The notes under the pieces were generated by a model. The model was not told where the DNA came from, did not search any database, and saw nothing but the letters and a program-made list of their open reading frames with translations. This document shows positions 16,851-26,428 of a stretch of DNA of 53,782 nt, in pieces. This DNA is from an uncultured Bacilli bacterium (lineage in GTDB: Bacteria; Bacillota_I; Bacilli_A; RF39; UBA660): NCBI GenBank assembly GCA_947588895.1, contig CANQBF010000002.1, positions 1-53,782 on the forward strand, in the 5' to 3' direction. Both the position numbers and the translations under genes were made by a program. The number at the start of each line of letters is the position of its first letter. The stretch's first letter is position 1.

Positions 16851-17386
16851 CTTTTTAATTTGTTATTAAATAATTTTTGTAAATTATTTTCTTCGTTAAA
16901 ACCAAAACATTCTGGATTTTCTTGAATTATATTTATCAATTCTATCATTTCATTAGCTTCAAATTTACCTTTAGTAAGCATTTTAGTATCATTTGTAATA
17001 GTTAATGCGATACTAAGAGGTATTGTTTGAGTAAATTCTATATTAGAGCAATCAGTCATGATTTTATCATTAACGTCATATAAAACTCTTTCACTAAAAT
17101 CAAAAATATTAAGATATTCTTTTCCAACTAGATTTTTATATACTGGCCAGCATCCCATTGTATAGCCATTTAAACGATATTCGGTGGTATGTTCTGTTAC
17201 GTTATATTTTTTGGCATCAAGAAATACTCCAAAGTCATGAAAACTAAAGCCTTGAACACCAATAAAATGTTTATATTCAAAATTACTTTTTTCACATATT
17301 ACATATCTATAGATAAATCCATCCCCTACAGGAGTTTTAATTTGACCAATTATACAGTTACCAATATTGAATGTGCATGTGTACAT
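16844..17386 (-). CDS. Hypothetical protein (immunity-protein-like size and context; no motif recognised)
   Basis: ORF with GGAGGGG RBS 9 nt upstream of ATG at 17386. Confidence 0.5.
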   Translation of the reverse strand: MYTCTFNIGNCIIGQIKTPVGDGFIYRYVICEKSNFEYKHFIGVQGFSFHDFGVFLDAKKYNVTEHTTEYRLNGYTMGCWPVYKNLVGKEYLNIFDFSERVLYDVNDKIMTDCSNIEFTQTIPLSIALTITNDTKMLTKGKFEANEMIELINIIQENPECFGFNEENNLQKLFNNKLKRM

Positions 17387-17583
17387 GTTTAAAATTCCCC
17401 TCCATTTCATGAAAAACTATTATAAAGCAATATTATACTAATGTCAAACGGTTATTTTTTAAGCTATTATTTTAATATCATCATCAAATATAGTAATCAA
17501 TTTTGAAATTATAAATTATTATTTTATAAAGTTAATTTCTTAAAATAACATAAACATAAAAGTAAATAAATAAAATATATTAT

Positions 17584-18231
17584 ATGAAAAGATATTATTT
17601 TGTTTTATTTACTTTTTTTATATGTGTTTTAGTTTTGTATGCTTATAAAGTTGAAGCTATACTTCCTTTAAGTGGTAAAGTAATCGTTGTTGATGCTGGA
17701 CACGGAAAAGAAGATCCGGGAACAAGTGTTGGTAATTTATATGAAAAAGATTTAAATTTAAATATAAGTTTATACTTAGAAAAAGAATTATCTAAAAAGG
17801 GGGCAATTGTAATATTAACTAGAGATGGAGATTATGATTTATCTACTCCAAATGCTACATATAGAAAGAAAAGTGATTTTGATAATCGAATTAAATTAAT
17901 AAATAATAGTAAAGCTAATATGTATTTAAGTATTCATATTAATTTTTATAGTGATTTAAATTATAAAGGACCTCAAATATTTTATACTAAAGAAAATAAA
18001 AAGATAGCAAGTACTATTCAAGAAGTTATGAATACTTTATTAAATGGTAATCGAGAAATAAAAACAATGCCTGATATATATATGTATAAAAGATTAAAAG
18101 TGCCAGGTGTTTTAATTGAATGTGGTTTTTTATCAAATTATGAAGAAAGAAATTTACTGAAAACAAAAGAATACCAAGAAAAATTGGCAAAGTCTATTAC
18201 TGACGGAGTAATTGAATATTTTTCAAATTAA
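17584..18231 (+). CDS. cwlD: Germination-specific N-acetylmuramoyl-L-alanine amidase CwlD
   Basis: N-terminal TM, Amidase_3 motifs VVDAGHGKEDPG, SIHINF, IECGFLSN; position downstream of rpsI as in Bacillus. Confidence 0.75.
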   Translation: MKRYYFVLFTFFICVLVLYAYKVEAILPLSGKVIVVDAGHGKEDPGTSVGNLYEKDLNLNISLYLEKELSKKGAIVILTRDGDYDLSTPNATYRKKSDFDNRIKLINNSKANMYLSIHINFYSDLNYKGPQIFYTKENKKIASTIQEVMNTLLNGNREIKTMPDIYMYKRLKVPGVLIECGFLSNYEERNLLKTKEYQEKLAKSITDGVIEYFSN

Positions 18232-19084
18232 GATTTTTGATTAAATCTAATAATTCATTTATATCTAAATTATCATGAAGTATTTTATAAGCAATAGTAT
18301 TTAATTCAATACATATTTGTAATACCATCTCATATAATTCCATAAAAGAATAATTATATATTTCTTTATCATTATTTGGATGATGCCATTTTTCTTTATC
18401 ACTATTTAAAACTCTATCATCAAAATCTTTAAATGAAAAAGTTAATTGGGAAAATTTAATATCTTTACTAAATATATCAAATAATTTATAAAAAGAAGCT
18501 TTATGTAAATTATAATCATTTATTAAATATTTATATATAAAATAGCCATTATTATGAGAAGTATTAAATATTTTACCTATACCTTTTTCATTATAAGTTT
18601 TATAAAATACTTCATCTAATAAATCTTTTAAATCTTTATTAAAATGTAATCTAGGCATTAAAGTTTTATATATTTTATTATTCCATTTAGTATCATTAAA
18701 TAAAGTATATAAATAACTATCTAACATAAATTCAATTTTAGTATGAGGTATATTTAAATATTTAACCATATAATTAATATATGGGTGTATTAAAGTATCC
18801 ATTGTTAAATGATTAATAAAACCATAAACTATACTATAATCATTATTCATTTTATTACTTTTGATATAATTAATTAAATTATCAAAAAAGATATCTAAAT
18901 TCTTTTTATGAGCTTTAACTCCAAATTTTTTATAATAAAAAAGTTTATAATGATAATATAAGTTATCAAAACCTTGATTAAACATATTATAATATTCAAT
19001 ATTATTAATATCTTTTTGAATATTTTTATCTAATTTATTTAGAACATCTTGTCCTAATTTATAATGCGTATAAACAGTAGGCAT
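18197..19084 (-). CDS. Putative zinc-dependent phospholipase C-like / metal hydrolase family protein
   Basis: 295 aa, N-terminal MPTVYTHYKLG and His-rich motifs (HLTMDTLIHPY); 35-nt convergent overlap with cwlD. Confidence 0.35.
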   Translation of the reverse strand: MPTVYTHYKLGQDVLNKLDKNIQKDINNIEYYNMFNQGFDNLYYHYKLFYYKKFGVKAHKKNLDIFFDNLINYIKSNKMNNDYSIVYGFINHLTMDTLIHPYINYMVKYLNIPHTKIEFMLDSYLYTLFNDTKWNNKIYKTLMPRLHFNKDLKDLLDEVFYKTYNEKGIGKIFNTSHNNGYFIYKYLINDYNLHKASFYKLFDIFSKDIKFSQLTFSFKDFDDRVLNSDKEKWHHPNNDKEIYNYSFMELYEMVLQICIELNTIAYKILHDNLDINELLDLIKNLNLKNIQLLRQ

Positions 19085-19209
19085 AAATAATCACCAAATA
19101 TATTATATCAAATTTCACTTAATTATCACGAAAATAATATAAATTTAACAATAAAAAAAGGTACATTTATAATGCTTCTTATGATATAATTTAAATTAGG
19201 GTGAAAAGT

Positions 19210-20145
19210 ATGAGCTCAAAGACATTTAAAACATTAGATGAACAAATTGAAATATTAAGCCAGAAAGGTCTTATAATAGATGATATAGATTATGCAAAAG
19301 AAGTATTACTTAGAGAAAATTATTTCTTTATAAGTGGTTATAGACATTTATTTTTAAGACCAGATGGAAGTAGAAAATTTATAAGTGGTACCAATTTTAG
19401 AGAAATATATGGTTTATTTAATTTTGATAGACAACTTAGAAATATTCTATTTAAAAATATTTTAATTGTTGAAAACAACTTGAAAAGTATTTTATCTTAT
19501 GTTATGAGTAAGAATCATGGTTTTAAAGAGCAAAATTATTTAAATGCTGAAAATTTTACTAGAGATTATAACAAATCAAGGCAGATAAATGATTTACTTC
19601 GCAAAATGAAGAGGCAAATAAATGTTAATGGTAAACAACATACGGCAACAAGTCACTATATAACTAATTATGGCTATATACCACTTTGGGTAGTTGTTAA
19701 AGTTTTATCATTTGGAATAGTTGGTGAATTATATTCGGTATTACAAAAAGAGGATCAAGAAGAAATATCAGAGATTTATGGTATATCAGTTAAAAATTTA
19801 ATTGATTATTTCCCAATATTAGCTAATTATCGAAATTTATGTGCTCATGAAGATTTATGCTTTAATAATAAGACATTTAAGAAGATAAATAATACTAAAT
19901 ATCATGATATTTTAAATATTCCCCAAGATGAAGAAGGAGAATATATATATGGTTTAAATGATTTATTTGCTATAATCATCATTATGAAACAAATATTAAA
20001 AGAAGAAGATTTTAATCTAATGATGAATGAAATAAGTTATGAGTTAGATATTTTAGATGGAAAAATAGATACCATACCAATTAATGTTATATTAGAAGCA
20101 ATGGGATTTCCATTAAATTATAAAGAGATAGTGAGGATGAATTAA
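19210..20145 (+). CDS. Abi_2 (AbiD/AbiF-like) abortive-infection family protein
   Basis: FKTLDEQIEILSQKGLIIDD..A...L...NYFFISGY N-terminus and YRNLCAHED motif typical of Abi_2. Confidence 0.65.
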   Translation: MSSKTFKTLDEQIEILSQKGLIIDDIDYAKEVLLRENYFFISGYRHLFLRPDGSRKFISGTNFREIYGLFNFDRQLRNILFKNILIVENNLKSILSYVMSKNHGFKEQNYLNAENFTRDYNKSRQINDLLRKMKRQINVNGKQHTATSHYITNYGYIPLWVVVKVLSFGIVGELYSVLQKEDQEEISEIYGISVKNLIDYFPILANYRNLCAHEDLCFNNKTFKKINNTKYHDILNIPQDEEGEYIYGLNDLFAIIIIMKQILKEEDFNLMMNEISYELDILDGKIDTIPINVILEAMGFPLNYKEIVRMN

Positions 20146-20146
20146 A

Positions 20147-21253
20147 ATGAAACAAAATGCAAATCAAAAAACAAAAATAATAGTTTATACAATTTTTATA
20201 CTTTTACTTGGAGTATTTTTAACTTATGGATTTATTTATAAATTTCCAGCTATATTTCAAGAAACGGTAACTAAGATTGAAAAAGATGTTACAGTAACTG
20301 ATGTCGGTATTGCTGATGCTGTAGAAAAAGTATATGATTCAGTAATAATAGTATCAACATATAAAGATGATAAATTATATTCATTTGGTAGTGGTTTTGT
20401 ATATCAAAAAGATAAAGATACATTTTATATAGTTACAAATCATCATGTTATTGATAGTGGTAATAAATACAAAATTACTTATTCAGATGGAACAGAAGAA
20501 GATGCTAAATTAGTTGGTAGTGATGAATATGCTGATATAGCAGTATTAAGTACTAAAGCTAAAGATGATATTAAAGTAGTTAGTTTAGGAAAAACTGATT
20601 CACTTCGAGTAGGGGATACAACCTTTACTGTTGGAGCGCCACTTGATTATTCTTATTCATGGACAGTAACTAGAGGTATTATTTCTGGTAAAGAAAGATT
20701 AGTTGAAGTATCAGTATCAGGAAATAGTTCTGATTATATAATGAATGTATTACAAACTGATGCAGCCGTTAACAGTGGTAACTCAGGTGGACCTTTATGT
20801 AATTCTAATGGCGAAGTAATCGGTGTTATTTCAGCTAAAATAAGCTCAGAAGGAGTAGAAGGTATGGGCTTTGCTATTCCAATTGAATTAGTACAAGAAA
20901 AAATAGAGCAATTTATTAAAGGCGAAAAAACGGAATATCCTTATTTAGGAGCTTCATTAATTAGTGTTGAAGATGCTAAATTAGACCGTCGTTATTATAA
21001 TTTTGTAACAACTTATAATTATACAACCGGTGTATTAGTAGTAGATTTAGAGAATGGATGTGCTAAAAAAGCTGGTATTGAATCAGGAGATGTAATTACT
21101 AAAATTAATGATAAAGAAATTAGTAATTTAGCTTACTTAAGATATGAACTTTATAAATATAAAGTTGGAGATACAATTAAAATTACTTTCTTAAGAAAAG
21201 GTAAAGAAAAGACATTGTCTGTTAAATTAACAGCGACTGCTCCAAATATGTAA
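20147..21253 (+). CDS. htrA: HtrA/DegP-type S1C serine protease with PDZ domain
   Basis: N-terminal TM; catalytic TNHHVI, DIAVL, GNSGGPL; C-terminal PDZ (GVLVVDL..AGIESGDVI). Confidence 0.85.
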   Translation: MKQNANQKTKIIVYTIFILLLGVFLTYGFIYKFPAIFQETVTKIEKDVTVTDVGIADAVEKVYDSVIIVSTYKDDKLYSFGSGFVYQKDKDTFYIVTNHHVIDSGNKYKITYSDGTEEDAKLVGSDEYADIAVLSTKAKDDIKVVSLGKTDSLRVGDTTFTVGAPLDYSYSWTVTRGIISGKERLVEVSVSGNSSDYIMNVLQTDAAVNSGNSGGPLCNSNGEVIGVISAKISSEGVEGMGFAIPIELVQEKIEQFIKGEKTEYPYLGASLISVEDAKLDRRYYNFVTTYNYTTGVLVVDLENGCAKKAGIESGDVITKINDKEISNLAYLRYELYKYKVGDTIKITFLRKGKEKTLSVKLTATAPNM

Positions 21254-21261
21254 GGTAAATT

Positions 21262-21882
21262 ATGGAACAAGTAAAACCGATAAGAAGATTAACTGCGTAT
21301 TTTATTGATTTATTATTAGTAGTGGTAGTATTTAGCTTAGTTATAAATATCCATTTCATTAATCCTCATTATGATAAATATTTAGAAAGTTATGAAAACT
21401 ATCAAAAGTTAACTGAAAAATATATAAATCAAGAATTGACTGAAAAAGATTTTATGAAACAAGCCAATTTAGCATATTATGATATGGCTAAATATAGTGT
21501 CAATATAAATATTGCTGAAATAATTGTTGTTTTATTATATTTTGGATTATTTCAAAAATTTAATAAAGGTCAAACGATTGGTAAGAAAATAATGAAAATG
21601 AAAGTGGTTAATAACAATAAAGAAACTCCAAGCATTATCCAATTATTTATTAAATATACTATTTCAGCTTTGCCAGAAATGGGATGTGCACTTACGTTGT
21701 TATTAAGTAGTATATTAGTATATGTCTTAAATGCTAATTATTATCTGATTATAACAGTAATATTATCTTCAATAATTATGATAGCTAATATTGTATCATA
21801 TATTATGATTATTGCTAGAAAAGACCATCGTAGTTTAGTGGATATGATTTGTAAAACAAATGTTATTAATGAAAAGAATTAA
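21262..21882 (+). CDS. RDD-family membrane protein
   Basis: RRLTAYFIDLLLV N-terminus, multiple TMs, conserved late R/D. Confidence 0.55.
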   Translation: MEQVKPIRRLTAYFIDLLLVVVVFSLVINIHFINPHYDKYLESYENYQKLTEKYINQELTEKDFMKQANLAYYDMAKYSVNINIAEIIVVLLYFGLFQKFNKGQTIGKKIMKMKVVNNNKETPSIIQLFIKYTISALPEMGCALTLLLSSILVYVLNANYYLIITVILSSIIMIANIVSYIMIIARKDHRSLVDMICKTNVINEKN

Positions 21883-21886
21883 GATT

Positions 21887-21910
21887 AGTTGCAAAAATTG
21901 CAACTTTTTT
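21887..21910 (+). terminator. Intrinsic terminator after the Abi-htrA-RDD unit
   Basis: AGTTGCAA / TTGCAACT 8-bp stem, 3-nt loop, T6. Confidence 0.7.
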
Positions 21911-21920
21911 AATGTATAAA

Positions 21921-21986
21921 TTTATTACGGTTGAGAGTAATAAAATGCAAAAACAAAAAGTTATTACACTTAATCGTAATAACTTT
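21921..21986. promoter_or_regulatory. Two palindromes sharing the half-site TTATTAC-N8-GTAATAA (candidate operators)
   Basis: TTTATTAC (21921-28)/GTAATAAA (21937-44); AAAGTTATTAC (21957-67)/GTAATAACTTT (21976-86); the second overlaps the -35 of the next promoter. Confidence 0.45.
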
Positions 21987-22012
21987 ACAAAAAGATGATA
22001 ATAATATATAAT
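21984..22012 (+). promoter_or_regulatory. Promoter of the AAA/DUF4143 ATPase gene
   Basis: TTTACA (21984-89), 17 nt, TATAAT (22007-12). Confidence 0.5.
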
Positions 22013-22031
22013 ATAACTAGAGGTGATTTAT

Positions 22032-23237
22032 ATGCTTTTAAGAGAAGATTATTTATCTAAAATTCGAGGATTTTATGATTCTAATTTAATTAAAATATTA
22101 GTTGGTATAAGAAGATGTGGAAAGTCAGTTATTTTAAATCAAATAATAGAAGAATTAAAAGAAAAGAGAAAAATAGATGAACAACATATAATATTTATTA
22201 ATTTTGAATTTATAGAATTTGAAGAATTATTAGATTATAAGAAATTAAATCAATACATAAAAGATAAAATTAAAGATAATAATATTTATTATTTGTTTTT
22301 AGATGAAATTCAAAATGTAGATAATTTTGAAAGAGTTGTTAATTCTTTGCAAGCTCAAATAAAAAATATAAGTATATTTTTAACCGGTTCTAATAGTAAA
22401 ATGTTATCAGATGAATTATCATCGGTCTTATCTGGTAGATATGTTTTATTTAATATTAATCCTTTATCTTATAAAGAATATGTGTCTTTAACTAAAAAAG
22501 ATGGGTATGATATAAATACTTTTTGGGATTATGCTAAATGGGGAGGTCTTCCAAATAGATGTGAATTTACAAATGAGATAGATATAAAAAATTATCTTCA
22601 TAGTGTATATGATTCTATTATTTTAAGAGATGTTGTCAAAAGATTAAATTTAAAAGATACAGTGTTATTTGATATGATTTTACAATATTTAATTGAAACG
22701 GCTGGACGTGAATTTTCAGCAGATAATATTATAAAATATTTAGACAAAGAAAATAAAAAAATATCTAAAGAAACCCTTTATAGTTATATAGATGCTTTAT
22801 GTAAAGCATTAATACTTAAAAAAGTATATAGATATGATATTGCTGGTAAAGGCGTATTAAAAACATTAAATAAATATTATGCAACTGATTTAGGTATTGC
22901 TCAAATTAAAAATAATAATCCTGAATTTAAAAGTTATGTTGTTTTAGAAAATATTGTTTATAATGAATTAATAAATAGAAACTATGAAATATATATAGGT
23001 AAGACTAAAAATGGTGAAGTAGATTTTTTAGCAAAGAAAGATGGAAATATTAAATATATTCAAGTGACTTATGAAATGGAAGGAAATGATAATACTATTG
23101 AAAGAGAATTTGGAGCATATAAATCGATTGATGACCATTATCCAAAATATGTTATTTCTCTTGATAAGATAAATTTATCTCGTGATGGCATTATTCATTT
23201 AAATTTAATTGACTTTTTATTAAATGATGATTTTTAA
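22032..23237 (+). CDS. AAA ATPase with C-terminal DUF4143 / PD-(D/E)xK-like domain (COG1373 type)
   Basis: Walker A GIRRCGKS, Walker B LFLDEIQ, C-terminal GEVDFLAKK..IQV nuclease-like motif; AGAGGTGA RBS before ATG 22032. Confidence 0.7.
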   Translation: MLLREDYLSKIRGFYDSNLIKILVGIRRCGKSVILNQIIEELKEKRKIDEQHIIFINFEFIEFEELLDYKKLNQYIKDKIKDNNIYYLFLDEIQNVDNFERVVNSLQAQIKNISIFLTGSNSKMLSDELSSVLSGRYVLFNINPLSYKEYVSLTKKDGYDINTFWDYAKWGGLPNRCEFTNEIDIKNYLHSVYDSIILRDVVKRLNLKDTVLFDMILQYLIETAGREFSADNIIKYLDKENKKISKETLYSYIDALCKALILKKVYRYDIAGKGVLKTLNKYYATDLGIAQIKNNNPEFKSYVVLENIVYNELINRNYEIYIGKTKNGEVDFLAKKDGNIKYIQVTYEMEGNDNTIEREFGAYKSIDDHYPKYVISLDKINLSRDGIIHLNLIDFLLNDDF

Positions 23238-23328
23238 AATCAATTATTTTAATCATCCTAATGCTTTTGTTCTAAAAATAAAGACTTTTTATGAGAAATT
23301 TGATACAATATGAGAAGTGGTGATACCT

Positions 23329-25056
23329 ATGAAAAAATTTTATAAAATATTAGAAGAAAAAATTACTAATGCTTTAAAAGAATGTAATTATGAAGATAAT
23401 GAATTAGTAGTATTTGAAAGTAATAGAAAAGATTTAGCTGACTATCAATATAATGGGAGTATGAAATTAGCTAAAGTATATCATAAAAGTCCAATGGAAA
23501 TAGCTAATGATATAATTGAAAAATTAAAAAATGATTCTTATTTTAAAGAAATAAATGTTGCAAATCCTGGCTTTATTAATATGAAAATAAGTGATGAAGC
23601 TTTAATAGAATTTACTAATATAGATGAATATAATTATGAAAAGAATAATAAATTAATCTTTTTAGATTATGGTGGTGCTAATGTAGCTAAATCACTTCAT
23701 GTAGGTCATTTAAGAAGTGCTAATATTGGTGAAGCATTAAAAAGATTATGTAATTATTTAGGTTATAATACAATATCAGATACTCATTTAGGTGATTTTG
23801 GAAGACCTTTAGGTTTAGTTATTTTAGAATTATCTAAAAGATATCCTGATTGGGTATATTTTGACCCAAATTATAATGGTGAATATCCTGATGTACCAAT
23901 AAATAATGCATTACTTGAAGAAATATATCCTTATGCATCTAGTAAAGCAAAAGAAGATGAAAATTATTTAAAAGAAGCTCAAATAATGACAACTAAACTA
24001 CAAAATAAAGAAAAAGGTATTTATGAATTATGGCAAAAAATTATAGAAATATCTAAACAAGATATAACAAGTATATATAATAGATTAAATACAACTTTTG
24101 ATTTATATAAAGGAGAAAGTGATGCTGAATTTATTGTTCCGGAACTTTTAAAATATTTAGATAAATTAAATATAGTTAAAGAAAGTGAAGGAGCTAAAGT
24201 AATTGAAGTTAAAGAAGATACTGATAAATTAGAAGTACCTCCAATGTTACTTTTAAAAAGTGATGGTGGGTATTTATATAGCACTACTGAACTTGCGACA
24301 ATTTATGAAAGAATGCAAGAATATAATCCCGATGAAATATGGTATATAACTGATAAAAGACAAGAATTACACTTTACTCAAGTATTTAGAGCTAGCAAGA
24401 AAGCTGGTATTACAACTGAAAATACTAAATTAGTTTTTGCTGGTTTTGGAACAATGAATGGTAAAGATGGTAAACCATTTAAAACTCGTGATGGGGGAGT
24501 AATGCGTCTTACTGATTTACTAAATCAAGTAAAAGAAGAATGTTTAAAAAGATTAAATGATGATATGGAAAATCGTGATGAACTTGCTGAAATAATCAGT
24601 ATGTCAGCAGTAAAATATGCAGATATGCTTCCTAATAGAGAAACTGATTATAATTTTGATATTGAAAAATTTTGTGATTTAGAAGGTAAAACTGGTCCTT
24701 ATATTTTATATTCAGCAGTTCGTATGAAATCAATATTAAATAAAGCCAAAGAAAATAATATAGAGTATAATAAAATTAAGAAAATAGCTAATGAATATGA
24801 TAGAGATGTTTTAATTACATTACATAATTTAGATTTAATATTAAATAATGCTTTTAATTCTAAATCATTAAATGAAATAACCGAATATCTTTATCGATTA
24901 ACAACAACATTTAATCGTTTTTATACTGAAAATATAATTTTAAAAGAAGAAGATATAGAATTAAAAGAATCGTGGTTATGTTTAACTAATATAGTATATA
25001 AAGTTACAAGTATATTACTTGATATATTAGCAATAAAAATACCAGATAGAATGTAA
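23329..25056 (+). CDS. argS: Arginine--tRNA ligase
   Basis: Class I HIGH motif (ANVAKSLHVGHLRS), ArgRS N-terminal add-on and C-terminal DALR-type anticodon domain; ~575 aa. Confidence 0.9.
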   Translation: MKKFYKILEEKITNALKECNYEDNELVVFESNRKDLADYQYNGSMKLAKVYHKSPMEIANDIIEKLKNDSYFKEINVANPGFINMKISDEALIEFTNIDEYNYEKNNKLIFLDYGGANVAKSLHVGHLRSANIGEALKRLCNYLGYNTISDTHLGDFGRPLGLVILELSKRYPDWVYFDPNYNGEYPDVPINNALLEEIYPYASSKAKEDENYLKEAQIMTTKLQNKEKGIYELWQKIIEISKQDITSIYNRLNTTFDLYKGESDAEFIVPELLKYLDKLNIVKESEGAKVIEVKEDTDKLEVPPMLLLKSDGGYLYSTTELATIYERMQEYNPDEIWYITDKRQELHFTQVFRASKKAGITTENTKLVFAGFGTMNGKDGKPFKTRDGGVMRLTDLLNQVKEECLKRLNDDMENRDELAEIISMSAVKYADMLPNRETDYNFDIEKFCDLEGKTGPYILYSAVRMKSILNKAKENNIEYNKIKKIANEYDRDVLITLHNLDLILNNAFNSKSLNEITEYLYRLTTTFNRFYTENIILKEEDIELKESWLCLTNIVYKVTSILLDILAIKIPDRM

Positions 25057-25060
25057 TATG

Positions 25061-25089
25061 AAAAAAGCATCACAATTTGTGATGTTTTT
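25061..25089. terminator. Bidirectional terminator between argS and the femAB-like gene
   Basis: CATCACA / TGTGATG stem flanked by A6 and T5. Confidence 0.6.
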
Positions 25090-25095
25090 AAGTAC

Positions 25096-26313
25096 TTATT
25101 TATTTTCTTTATTAAATTCTTTAGCTAATATACCATTTTTTAATAATATATCATAACTTTTCGGTTCAATTATTAAATCAAATTCCCCAATAAATTCATA
25201 AATATTTGGATTAAAACCAAGTTTAAATCGATTTAAACCATGATATGGATTATCATTTTTAAAATCACCAACAACACCATTTAAATCTAAATATTTATAT
25301 GTATTTTGATAATATTTAATTAAATTATAATATAAGAAGTAATTAGCAGCAAAACGTTTATAATTTTTATCAAAATAACTATAGATAACTGTTACAGTAT
25401 CTTGATGTTTAACAACTAAAGCAGCAGCTAAATATATTTTTTTATTATCACTTATTCCTTTAGTAGCTTCCATAATATCATTTTTATATGCTAATAATAC
25501 TTTATCACTATTCATTTTAGTATTAATTAATTTTTCACTATAAAAATGTGTTAATTTTTCATTTAATGTATTATTTTTTTCTAATTCTTTATTATAAGCA
25601 ATTTCACTATTATCTAAGAAAGTATTATAATCAACTGATACTAAAAAATAATCAACAGCATTATTTCTTTCAAATACAGTATAAAAATCTTTTAAATAAT
25701 AATTGTTATCTTCTAAAGGATTAATTTTATCAATATCTTCTTTACTAGCAATTTCAAATGTTAATCCTTTTCTCATTGCTTTTTTAATTTTATTTTTAGT
25801 ATTTTTATGGAATTCATTAATATTATTTAAATCAATAATTGCATTAAATCTAGGTAATTTAGCTTCAAAATATAAATTATCTCTTAATTTTTTATATCCT
25901 AAATTAACTAATAAACTTTTTACATTACTATATTCATTATATTTAAAATTATAATCATTATCTATTACTTTACCAATAGCTAAATTAGGATTTATTTTAA
26001 TAAAAATAACATTTTTTTGATAATAATATTTTTTTAATTTATCAGTAAAAATTCGTACTAAATCATAATTATCATAATCAATTAAAAAACCTCTAGGAGC
26101 ATAACCATAAAAACATTTAATACCAATAGGTTTAATTAAAATAAGGGATGCTGCTAAAACATTTTGATATTCATCTACTAAACCAATTAAATCATAATCA
26201 TAATTGTTTTCAGCCATTAACATTGCATAATTTATTGTTTGATAAAAATTAGATAATTGATGATTTTGTTGAAAGTTTGTAAATTCTTCAATGCTAAGTA
26301 TTTTTAACTCCAT
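25096..26313 (-). CDS. FemAB-family peptidoglycan interpeptide aminoacyltransferase
   Basis: ~405 aa with the two GNAT-like halves separated by a coiled-coil insert, and ..LDLNGV..NPYHGLNRFKLGF C-terminal motif; ATG 26313 preferred. Confidence 0.7.
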   Translation of the reverse strand: MELKILSIEEFTNFQQNHQLSNFYQTINYAMLMAENNYDYDLIGLVDEYQNVLAASLILIKPIGIKCFYGYAPRGFLIDYDNYDLVRIFTDKLKKYYYQKNVIFIKINPNLAIGKVIDNDYNFKYNEYSNVKSLLVNLGYKKLRDNLYFEAKLPRFNAIIDLNNINEFHKNTKNKIKKAMRKGLTFEIASKEDIDKINPLEDNNYYLKDFYTVFERNNAVDYFLVSVDYNTFLDNSEIAYNKELEKNNTLNEKLTHFYSEKLINTKMNSDKVLLAYKNDIMEATKGISDNKKIYLAAALVVKHQDTVTVIYSYFDKNYKRFAANYFLYYNLIKYYQNTYKYLDLNGVVGDFKNDNPYHGLNRFKLGFNPNIYEFIGEFDLIIEPKSYDILLKNGILAKEFNKENK

Positions 26314-26428
26314 AAAATTCTCTCTTTCTTTGCAAGATATTATAGCATACATTTATATTTTTAGAAAGTTATTTTGAAAATATAGACTTTATTATTGAAA
26401 TTTGATAAAATTTAGATGGTGAAGAAAA

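Noticed and set aside
13883-17449. Shared 8-mer TGTCAAAC at 13883-90 and 17442-49 as possible outer boundaries of the rpsI-cwlD islet
   Set aside because: An 8-nt match in 54 kb is within chance expectation, and the flanking bases do not extend the match.
23238-23328. T-box leader upstream of argS
   Set aside because: The intergenic space is only ~90 nt, far too short for a T-box (about 200+ nt), and no specifier/T-box consensus or terminator-antiterminator pair was seen.
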